NCBI RefSeq assembly: GCF_009914755.1 | Contig: NC_060928.1 | Reading direction: 5' to 3' (one strand) | Length of the DNA: 64,000 bases | Source of the DNA: the human T2T-CHM13v2.0 reference genome, Homo sapiens | In this document: one piece after another, positions 53,960 to 64,000 of the stretch | Position numbering within the stretch: the stretch's first letter is position 1 | Layout of the letters: each line of letters begins with the position of its first letter | Translations under genes and position numbers: made by a program | Notes under the pieces: generated by a model | What the model was told of the DNA's origin: nothing | The model's database searches: none | The model's input: the letters and a program-made list of their open reading frames with translations, nothing else

Positions 53960-54535
53960 TAGATTGGCAGGCAGATACCGCCAAGTGGATCATTCTATTC
54001 TATTACACCGCTATTGTAACATGTACTCCTTCATATTTGAGTTTATAAAGCTAAAGACTACATTTCCCATACTCACTTATTTCAGTTCCAACTTTGACCT
54101 AACTTACCCTAAGCAAAAGTAGCCGTATAAATTTGAAGGTTTGAAATGGGATAGAGTAAGACATTTTCTCTTCTGCTGGTAAGCCCACATGTGGAGATAG
54201 CTTATTTTTTTTCTCCATAGTGATATTGTACAAGAGATCCTAATGTATTATTTCTGGTTTTGTGGCTGTGAGAGGCATAACATGGATTAGCTACTTTGCT
54301 ATCATGAATCAAGGCTGAGATGGAATGGCCTTGACCCAGCACTTTGGCCAGTGATTTGACTTACCAATTTTCAGATAATGAGAGATACCAAATCCCTAGT
54401 GGACAAGTTTTGCTGCATTGTTTCAAGAATCTTTTCTGGGGTACTGAACCACCTTCCAACAATTATACATACATTGCAGTAAATATATTTTTGTTTAAAT
54501 TAACTAGAGCAGCTTCCGTTATAGGCAACAGTGTG
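53960..54535 (+). mobile_element. Old ERVL LTR (LTR33/LTR50-like)
   Basis: AAGCTAAAGACTACATTTCCCA ... GTTTAAATTAACTAGAG...GCAAC. Confidence 0.5.
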
Positions 54536-54604
54536 CTGTGTGAAATACATTAAGAAAAAAAAAAAAAAACAACAGGTGTTTCTCAGTTTCTCCTCACTCT
54601 GGGC

Positions 54605-54797
54605 CACTGGCTTTCAACATGAGATGTTTTACCTCAGAGGACATTTGAGTTGTCACACTGGGAAGCTTCTAGTGACATCTATTGGGTAAAAGTCAAGGAT
54701 GCTGCTAAACATTGTATGATGCATAAGACAGGCCCCACCACCGCCACCTGCAAATAAATTACATAACCCCGGTGGTGGCAAGACTGGTAATCCTTGA
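54605..54797 (+). mobile_element. MER20
   Basis: GGACATTTG...TTGTCACA...GGATGCTGCTAAACATTGTATGATGCATAAGACAG. Confidence 0.75.
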
Positions 54798-56442
54798 CAT
54801 TGATAAAGTTCTAGGAATTTGAGGGTAAGGTAGGTAAGAAGAGTATGTAAGAAATCAGTTAGAACTAAAATTGATGATACAATTAACATGAAATACAGAT
54901 GCCAAGAAAAACAGGTTTTGGAAAGAACATAATACATTTAATTAGGAAACATTTAATGTTTTTACTTTGACTTTGTAAAAAACTAAATGCATATATAGAG
55001 TCTGGCATGTGTTGCATACCTCTTCTAAGTATGATTATTAACATATGTAATTCTCACAACTCTATCGAATAGGTAACGTTATCATTCACAAGTAAGCTAA
55101 CTGTTACACGAACTAACCCCCAAATATCAGTGTTTTCACAAAATTGAGGGCTCTTTTCCCCATGTATAGCAGAGTCCAATGTGACTTTGCAGTGCCCTAG
55201 TTCATTTTATATTATGGCTTTTTTCAGATTCAAGTTTTATGAAATTAGCTTTTCTAGAGGGAGAGCATACATTTTAACCCTGATTCTTACATACAAACTG
55301 GAGAACAGCCTCTGAGGTTCTGGAGGCCCACTGGTGGCAGACTGGAATGAAGTAATCTAGGATTAGTCATTTACTTGTTCTAAGTCCTTCATTAATCTTT
55401 CTGAATACAATCCATTGTGGGTGAAATTTTTTTATTACAATCAGTGCAGTACATCCTAAGTGCTCAATATATACTTTAGAAGTGGCGATGGTGGCAGTAG
55501 GGGTGGTGGTAGTAATTCAGTAATTTCCTTTGAGGAGAAACAAAGACTTCTGTTTTTACTCAGAGCCATTTAAACTTGCTGTAGCCAAAGCTGTGAAAAT
55601 AGAATTCATCTGTGGCATTCTTGAACCATTTAGCTTTTCTGATACAGCTACTAATTCCTCTTTTTTCTGCACATAATTCTGACCTGAGGAGGTAAAATGG
55701 TAACCTTTGACCACTACTAGAATGCTAAGAGAATTGTAAAGCCATAAGAGATGGCATCTTGAACTTTTAGTAATTCCACCAATAACTAACTTGAGGAAAT
55801 TTATATTTTAATCCACTCTTGTCAAATGTTTCTGCTACTTCCAGCTGAATGTATTCCTAAAGAATATATTCCTTTCCCATTTAATTTCTCTACTTACCAC
55901 TTACTAGTATGTAAAATTTTCTACAAATACATACATATGAATATATGTATAGATAATTTATTTAAATTTTATAAAATATATATTTATATTCACATGCATT
56001 TTATGTATGTGTGTGTGTATATATACACAAACCTTGCTAATTTTATGACTGCCACCAAGATATTTCTATGAAAATGGGGATTTTTATTCTTGAATGTGTC
56101 ATTCTCAGGGCCAAGAATGGTCCTTGGCACAGATTATTGATTAATAAATATTTATTAAATGAGTGAATGAACAAGAAACATTTTTGTCTAATTTTTCATA
56201 TAAAGATAATTCTTCAAATATAAGAAAATTTCACTGTAACAATTTTATGTTGCTGTACACAAAGACTAATTCACATACCTGGATGTAACAGGGTATTTTA
56301 AATTCTTGCTATTTAAAGAACATAGAAGAAAGACTAATCCCAACAGAACATTATTCATAAGAAAAAGTCATATTATTTATTTATTCATTCAACAAGTATT
56401 TATTGTGTACCTATTCTATGCCAGATGATATTTTTAGCCTAA

Positions 56443-57037
56443 AGTAATCAACAGGATCAGAATCCAATTTAAAGAGTTTATTCAAGCAAAAAGCTGGACA
56501 TGGTCATCCGGGAGACAAAGACTCCAGATAAACGTGGGCAGCACCCTAAAGTTAAATGACAAGTTTTTGCTTATATAGTCAGAAAATAAAGTTTAGTAAG
56601 ATTATAAAATTTTCTATATGAGGCTATAATGTTATGAGTTACATTTTAGTTGCCATTTGTTTCCTTTCCTTACAGCTTGTTTTTTTTAATGGCTTTTTTT
56701 TTTTCATTTTTAAAGAGTGTATTTAACATTCTATCTTAAGACAATGTGATAGCCATGAAGTCTTTGTGAGAGAAAAGTAAGAGGGAAGTTAATCTATAAT
56801 GAGGATCAACAGTGAAGAGGGAAGGAGTCTTCCCTGGTGCCCTTTAGTCATTTGCAACATTTTAGAAAGTAATGTAGGTAAGGAAGAAGGCTAATCTATA
56901 ATCAGAGGAAGAAAGGTTACAGCTGCCTAGGTTACAGCTGCCTATCATGTGACTCAGGCCCCATAATCATATTCCTTTAAGGCTCAAAATAATTAGGAGT
57001 TCTAACAGTTTAGATTTTGAATTGCTGATTTTTCATA
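56443..57037 (-). mobile_element. MER101-like ERV1 solo LTR inserted in an L2 3' end
   Basis: Minus strand begins TATGAAAAATCAGCAATTCAAAATCTAAACTGTTAGAAC; (GGTTACAGCTGCCTA)x2; AATAAA on minus at ~56477-56482. Confidence 0.7.
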
Positions 57038-57129
57038 GTACGCTAAGCACTAGACATATTAACATGAGATATATATGTCTTGGTTTTTAGTTCCACCGCT
57101 TTACAAAGGAGACCATCTTATAAACAAAA

Positions 57130-57897
57130 AATGTCCACACACTTATCTGATTGGCTAGAAAGAAAAACAAAACCAACAATACCGACTTCTGGCAAGGATG
57201 TGAAAAAATGGGATCACTCATACACTGCCAGTGGGAATGCAAAATGGTACTGCCATTGTGGATATCAGTTTGGCAGTTTCTTATGAAACTAAACATGTAA
57301 CTACCATATGACTCAATAATTACATCCCTTGGAATTTATTAACCCCAAGAAATGAAAACTTGTGTTTGCACAAAAATTTGTACATATTTATAGAATATAT
57401 TATTATTATTTATAATAGCCCCAAACTGGAATCAGCCCAGATAACCCATAAAAGGTAAGTGGTTAAAGAAATTTTGGTACAGAGATACCGTGGAACACAA
57501 CTCCACAATAAAAAGAACAAACTGTTCATACAGGCAGCAACTTGGGTAAAACTCTAGGGAATCCTCCTGCCTCAACCTCCCAAAGTGCTAGTATTACAGG
57601 CATGAGCTGCTGACAAAATTTTAGAAGTGGAGAAGAGAATAGTGATTACTCAGGGGTTAAAGACATGGCCAGGGGCGTGAGGGAGGTGGTCATGGTCATA
57701 AAAGGGAAACATAAAGTATCTTTTTGGTGATGAAACTGTTCAGTATCTTGGCTAGAGTGGTAGGCACATGAAAACACAGATATGATAAAAGTGGATAAAA
57801 GTAAAAAATATACACCCAAATAAATATAGGCTAAAGTAAAGTGTTGAAATTGGAAAAGATCAGTGGATTGTATTAATTGTATAAATTTCAATATCCA
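57130..57897 (+). mobile_element. L1MD-like 3' region
   Basis: CTGGCAAGGATGTG...CAGTTTGGCAGTTTCTTA...AGATCAGTGGATTGTAT. Confidence 0.85.
57561..57612 (-). mobile_element. Tail-less ~50 bp Alu left-arm fragment
   Basis: ATCCTCCTGCCTCAACCTCCCAAAGTGCTAGTATTACAGGCATGAGC. Confidence 0.85.
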
Positions 57898-58194
57898 GAT
57901 GGGCCATTTTCATCAAGAGCAGCAACTTTCAAAAATTGACACAATCCTTCTCATATGATGTCTCACATTTTTATCTATGGTAATTAGTACTTTTCTCTTA
58001 TCACTTATCAGTAAAACTTTCTGGTCTTCACACTCACTTCCACATGTCAAATTACAGATCCAGGTAGAAAATAATATAATCTAAATTTACTATTTTTTTA
58101 ATTGTTTGAATTCCTAAATTCTAAGGTTATAAACCTTTGATTTATGTAATGTCTCTTTTCAATGTATTTCAACTTTCTTTAAAAGAGAACTTCA

Positions 58195-58493
58195 GGCCGG
58201 GTGCGGTGACTCATGCCTGTAATCCCAGAACTTTGGGAGGCCTAGGTGGGTGGATCATGAGGTCATGAGTTTGAGACCAGCCTGGCCAATATGGTGAAGC
58301 CCCATCTCTACTAAAAATACAAAAACTAGCTGGGTGTGGTGGCACGTGCCATAGTTCCAGCTACTTGGGAGGCTGAGGCAGAAGAATCACTTGAACCCAG
58401 GATGTGGAGGTTGCAGTGAGCTGAGATTGTGCCAGGGGCACTCCAGCCTGGGCGACAGAGCGAGACTCTGTCTCGAAAAAAAAAAAAAAAAAA
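58195..58493 (+). mobile_element. AluS (Sg-like)
   Basis: GGATCATGAGGTC (2-bp deletion type), CCAGCCTGGCCAA; poly(A); TSD AAAGAGAACTTCA/AAAGAGCGAACTCCA. Confidence 0.95.
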
Positions 58494-60429
58494 GAGCGAA
58501 CTCCAAAATTGTCCCTGTCAGACAAGCAATAAGTAAATGATGCAGATATTGTATCAGTTGGAATTTTTAAAGTGACAGGTTTACTTTTTATAGGTTTTAA
58601 CCAGTGCATATAAACAATACTCTCGTGATATAAAATTTTTAAACTGTTTCACCTCTGAACAGTGATTTTCCCCTTCTTTTTTATCCTTTTATTTATTGGT
58701 ATCCTAAGTGTGTGCTCAATCTAACTAGTAGGTCATTTAGCATTAAGTCTTAAAGATAAACTAAACTCCATAAGTAATGTTGATTATATCTATGAGACAA
58801 GTCCTTTAAAAATAATCATTTACATCTGAGTTTTAACTTAACAATAGATTCTACTCATTAAAAATAATAAAATTATTAACACTTGTTTATGATAAATAAA
58901 ATAATTTTTCAATGAAGAAAAGTTGAGAAAACAGTTTTTGAAAGACTGTGTAATTATCAGGAATAAGAATAATAAGTGACCTTTCCAACTGGTCAAGATA
59001 GTCATTTTGTCATATAATTAAAACACTCATTAGAAAAGCAATAGTCTCTACTTGCTAGGTAACTACCAATGTCATACAAAAGCGCTTATTGAAAATATGT
59101 ATCACACTAAAACCAAAATGCTTTTCGAAACCTAAGATAATGTTCTTTCATATAGACTTTATTTTTATAATAAAATAATATTATATCATGGGAAAATATG
59201 GTCCTGTATGAAGCAGGTGGTTAAGGAGCAAATAAATTACTAGCAGATTCCTAATTATAATATACTTTTAGTCTTTTATGATAAACGACAGATGTATGTT
59301 TACAAAAATACATTATAGTAGAATCAGGTCAATAGAGTCTAAATGAAAAAGGCTTAATTTATCTGTACTCCCTTTTGAATTCAAAGGGATGGCCAATTTA
59401 AAAGAGCCACCACTTAATATAACGTGAGTTCAAAGGAGATTTATTTAAATAGGCCAATGAATACTTTTTTCTTTAATTTTCCAAATAGAAGACAATTTCA
59501 GAGTTCAAGTAGACACAGAGGAAAGTAACAAATCAAAGCAAAACAAAATATTAGAGTGGATGCAAAAAGAGTCTATTGCAAAATAATAGAGAGCTAATAA
59601 AATCATTCTATTTCCTAAACACTGCTAGTACATTGAAATATTTCACCAATGATTAGACTTTTTTTTCTAAAAATTAGTAGTGTTACCGTTTGTCATCATT
59701 AAATCTCTACATTTCAAAATTTTTGATAAAGAATAAAAATAGTGCTTAAGTGCAAATCAAGTAACAAATAATTTAAGCATTAGAATATTTTCCACATTTA
59801 TATATATACTAGTAAAATTAAAAAGATAAATTTGGAGTTTAAATATGTGGCTGTGAAACACAGCATTCTTTTTAAATAATTGTGTTTTCAAAATCTAACT
59901 AGATATAATTTCAAACCCTATAATGGAAAATGTACCATGAAAAGGAAACAATATTTAAAATCATTTCAGCATTAATTCATTCTTCTGTATTAGTTATTTA
60001 CTGCTGATGTGTTTTAATGAACTGCATTTATGCCATCAATATATAGTATTATATAATGCAATGACTTGCTCAATTACTAATGGTTAATTTAGGTCACATT
60101 TTTATGTATACTCTTATCTTTCTAACTCCATTTCCCATGTAGTATTTTCAATGGTTTATTGAATTCTTTCATTTAAATTAACCTATTACAGTTACGATTA
60201 TTTAGTATTAATACAGTGAAATGAAATAAACTCTTTGATATGGTCTGCCTTCTAAGAACATATAAATAGAAATATTTGGCATTTGCACACATAAAATGCA
60301 ATGACAGCAATGGACAATGGTTGTTGAAATTACATTTAGATGCTTTAGAGGTTTAAAAATCAAGGAAAACCCATGTGGAGGGAATTCTTATGCAAAGGTT
60401 TTGAGAGAGATAGGATTTAATCTTTATTT

Positions 60430-60930
60430 TTTTCCAGTCATCTATTGCTGCATAACATACCACCTCAAGGCTGGTGGATGAACAAAACAACCATTTTATG
60501 ATGCTCACAGATTCTGTGAAGCAAGAATTCAGACAAGGTGCAGTGCCGATGCCTTGTCTCTGTTCCATACTACATGAGATAAGGGGCCCCTTCTTGGAAA
60601 ATTCATATAGCCAAGGATAGATCATCTGGGGTTTCTTTATTCACATGCTGCTGCTTAGTGTCATTCAGCAGTAGTGAGGCCTTCTTCACTCACATGTTGC
60701 TGCTTAGAGTCATTCACAGTGCCTACATTGACTTCTCCATTTGATGTGAGCTTCTTACCGTCTAGTGTCTGGTTTCTGAGAGAGATCCTGAGCAGGAGAG
60801 TCTGCAGAACAAGCTTTCCCAGAGACCAAGAGACAAGCTGTGTGGCCTTTTATAGTATCAGAAGCCATATAACACCACTTCTCCTATTATCTGTCAAAGC
60901 AGCCACATCTTCACCCAGATTTGATTAAAG
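60430..60930 (-). mobile_element. MLT1G/H-type MaLR LTR
   Basis: TCTATTGCTGCATAACA...GCTCACAGATTCTGTG...GAATTCAGACA. Confidence 0.8.
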
Positions 60931-61108
60931 AGTATGTTAAGTTAGAAACTATGAAGGATCTGAGGTCTTACCCAACTGTGATATTAATAAGCCAAAGATG
61001 ATCCTTGTACATTGATTATCCCTATGATTACTTCTTCACAGCAGGCTGGGACCCATTAGGTCAAAAGCCTACCAGTGCCAAACTCAATTGTTTTCACAAA
61101 CAATTTTT

Positions 61109-61386
61109 TTTTTGAAACAGTGTCTCACTCTGTTGTCCAGGCTAGAGTGCTGTGGCATGATCACAGCTCACTGCTACCTCTACCTCCCAAGCTCAAGCAA
61201 TCCTCCCACCTCAGTCTCCCAAGTAGCTGGGATTATAAGCACGTGCCACAACGTCCAATTAATTTTCATATTTTTTTGGTAGAGATGGGGTCTCACCATG
61301 TTGCCCAGGCTGGTCTTGAACTCCTGAGCTCAAGCGATCTGCCCACCTGAGCCTCCCAAAATGCTGGGATTACAGGTGTGAGCCAC
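61109..61386 (-). mobile_element. AluJ nested in LTR
   Basis: GCTCAAGCAATCCTCCCACC; TSD CACAAACAATTTTT. Confidence 0.93.
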
Positions 61387-61489
61387 AAACAATTTTTTAA
61401 AATATAGTCCAAGTAAGCAGATCTTTAGCATTTTGAACAGGTCTACTTTTCATATCCGGTGAAACTGTCCCCAAGACCTACTAGCCATA

Positions 61490-61839
61490 TGTATTAGTCC
61501 ATTTTCATACTGCTATGAAGAAATACCCAAGACTGGGTAATTTATAAAGAAAAAGAGGTTTCATGGACTCACAGTTCCACACAGCTGGCGAGGCTTCACA
61601 ATCATGATGGAAGGTGAAGGGGGCACAAAGGCACATCTTATATGGCAGCAGGCAAGAGAGTGTGTGCAGGGGAATTTCCCTTTATAAAGCCATCAGATCT
61701 CGCGAGACTTATCCATTATCACAAGAACACCATGGGGAAACCCACCACCATGATTCAATTACCTCCCACTTGGTCCCTCCCAGGACATGAGCTACAATTC
61801 AAAATGAGATTTTGGTGGGAGCACAGCCAAACCATATCA
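61490..61839 (-). mobile_element. THE1B/C solo LTR nested in LTR
   Basis: TGTATTAGTCC...CAGCCAAACCATATCA; perfect TSD CCATA. Confidence 0.93.
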
Positions 61840-62208
61840 CCATACATAAGATAAACCCCAGTGCTATAAATAACCCCAAAATGTTGCTGCCCTTCAAAGT
61901 TCTCTGATGTAGGAACTCCTCATCATGCTGCAGAGACACATCATGTAGACTTGTAAGTCCCTTCTCTGGTTTTCCTTATTCCCAGGAGTGGTTTTGCCTT
62001 CCTCTCTTTCAAGATAGTGGCCCCTGTGGTGTATCTTTTGAAGGTCTCATCCTGAGGGAGCTCACCACTTCCCACACAAACCTGCCAAAGTGCCACCCAA
62101 AGAAAGTTCATTGTGCTATTGTCACTTAATGGTCATATATTTTCTTCTTCATCAGCCCCCAAATTTCTCATACTCACTACACCTATTTGCAAACAAGCCT
62201 GCCCCTGC

Positions 62209-62248
62209 GTGTGTGTGTGTGTGTGTGTGTGTGCGCGTGTGTGTGTGT
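62209..62248. repeat. (TG)n microsatellite
   Basis: TG run with a CGCG interruption. Confidence 0.95.
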
Positions 62249-62749
62249 TGCCAGGAGACACAGAGAAATAGGGTTTCTGGATCACAGAAATAGATACTTT
62301 ATTCATTGTAAAATGCAGCAGCCAGAGCCCCAGTCCTCACCGAGCAATATAATGAGAGCCAGATGTTACCTCCATATGAACTAGGTTTGTGTCACAAGGA
62401 AGAAACTCCAAAATTATAAGAATCAGAACTTACGTAAGGTCTGCTGATACACCTGCCTATCTTCCCAACTGAAAAACAGAGATTATTTGTTAAGCACATA
62501 TCCTTGAGGTAAGATGGGGATGAGAGGGGGTCCCTGGGCCTGGAATATAAACAAATTTTTCCAGGAAGGAGAAAGAAAGGCATTACGCCTTTATATCTCT
62601 CAGGGAGTTTCTAGTGTTTGAGACTTTCTATAGCTTCCAAAGCTGCTTATTATGTAAACATTGTTTCAGTGCCCTTTGCTCACAAGACCTGGACCACACA
62701 GAAACATGAAAATATTTAGAGAGGACTATCCCCCAAGAGAGTAGATGCC

Positions 62750-63231
62750 CATATCTTGAGAAAGTGGTCCAGAGATTTAGCTTGTCTGCACTCCTCAGTG
62801 TCTAAAGCATTGGCTAGGAGTACAAAGGCTTGGCTAAGTCCTTTTGCCAGGAACTGCAGTCATCTGGAGACCTCTTCACCCACATGTCATGGAACGGAAT
62901 GGCTTGAAAGGCTTGTTCATCTGGAATTGTTGACCTGAACTCTGACACAGGGCTCCTCCACAGGCACTGGACTTCTCACATCTAGGTATGTAGGTCTAAA
63001 AAAGAGCATCTCAATAGAGAGCTTGCCACCAGCAACGGGTTCAAGAGAATCAGTTAGAAGTGGCATGACTTTTCATGACAAACTTTGGAAATCACAGAAT
63101 CACATTTGCTGAACTTAATTGATTTGACAGCAGTCACAAGGCTGATTATGTACTATGGGAGGGGATATAATTCTCACTTGTCAATGGGAAGAGTACCAAC
63201 ATATCTGGGGCCATGTTTTAAAACCACCACA
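62750..63231 (-). mobile_element. MLT1F/H-type MaLR LTR
   Basis: CTGCAGTCATCTG...GGGCCATGTTTTAAAACCACCACA. Confidence 0.7.
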
Positions 63232-63404
63232 GTCTTGAAAGACATTGGGAACATCACTCACAGGGAGCATGTGAACAAGGTTCCAAAGGTACATAGGCAA
63301 AACAGGCCAAAGCCACAGAAATGTCCATTAGTTATAGTGATACTGAACAAGAGAACAGGTATTAGGATTGAAACATTGAATGATAAAATAATAAAAGTAG
63401 GTTG

Positions 63405-63702
63405 GGCTGAGCACAGTGGCTCACACCTGTAATCCCAGCATTTTGGGAGGCTGAGGCGGGTGGATCACCTGAGGTCAGGAGTTCAAGACTAGCCTGGCCA
63501 ACATGGTGAAACCCCCTCTCTACTAAAAATACAAAAATTAGCTGGGCATGGTGGTGGGCACCTATAATCCCAGCTACTCAGGAGGCTAAGGCAGGAAAAT
63601 CACTTGAACCCTGCAGCTGGAGGTTGCAGTGAGCTTAGATCATGCCACTGCACTCCAGCCTGAGTGACAGAGTGAGACTCCGTTTCAATAATAATAATAA
63701 TA
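63405..63702 (+). mobile_element. AluSx-like with (AAT)n tail
   Basis: GGATCACCTGAGGTCAGGAGTTC; TSD ATAAAAGTAGGTTG/ATAAAAATAGGTTG. Confidence 0.95.
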
Positions 63703-64000
63703 ATAAAAATAGGTTGAACAAGTGATGAATATTCCTGAATTTCAGGATAAGTAATGGGTTTTTATCTTTTAGGAAATAAAATGTGATATATCAAAAAATT
63801 ATTATTGAGAAAATTTAAACTTTGTGAGATTACATATAATTTATGATTTATACTGATTTATTTTTATCACGTATTAGGATTTAACATAATCTTTACAGTG
63901 TCTTTCTTGGCCTTTATCATGCCTGGACTTTTAATAGTCTTTCAAAAATTAAATGTATCTTATGGCTAAAAATACAATTGTTGAAGAAAATATTTTGTAG

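Larger units (their letters stand above)
60950..62740. mobile_element. Nested ERV LTR complex: outer MER54/73/74-like LTR on minus, split at ~60995/62245, and inner unclassified LTR ~60995-62172 on plus
   Basis: TGAAGGATCTGAGGTCTTACCC start appears to continue at TGCCAGGAGACAC...TTTATT; inner element has CTATAAA and ends CAGCCCCCAAATTTCTCATA. Confidence 0.5.

Noticed and set aside
56914-56944. (GGTTACAGCTGCCTA)x2
   Set aside because: Recalled as native to the MER101-type LTR consensus
58500-60420. Long AT-rich unassigned stretch
   Set aside because: No repeat, exon or structural signal recognisable by eye

Overview
AT-rich primate (human-like) non-coding DNA made mostly of transposable-element remnants. 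No intact protein-coding gene, RNA gene or CRISPR-like array is supportable; the supplied ORFs are L1 ORF2 fragments or incidental ORFs in Alu, LTR or unique DNA. Main content: a decayed L1MA-type element (1-5320), a two-LTR non-autonomous MER4-group provirus (13567-21510, minus strand, Arg-type PBS and PPT), about 25 other LTRs or LTR fragments (ERV1, MaLR, ERVL), about 13 Alu copies or fragments, hAT/Tigger DNA transposons and L2/MIR relics. Subfamily names are recalled from consensus sequences and need RepeatMasker/Dfam confirmation. I found no convincing new biological system. The most unusual structures are a TSD-bounded retro-insert (5'-truncated AluJ + ~185 bp extra sequence + second A-tail) inside an MSTB LTR, a ~470 bp duplication whose second copy starts exactly at an LTR end, a tail-less ~50 bp Alu patch replacing L1 sequence, and several template-switch or end-joining scars.
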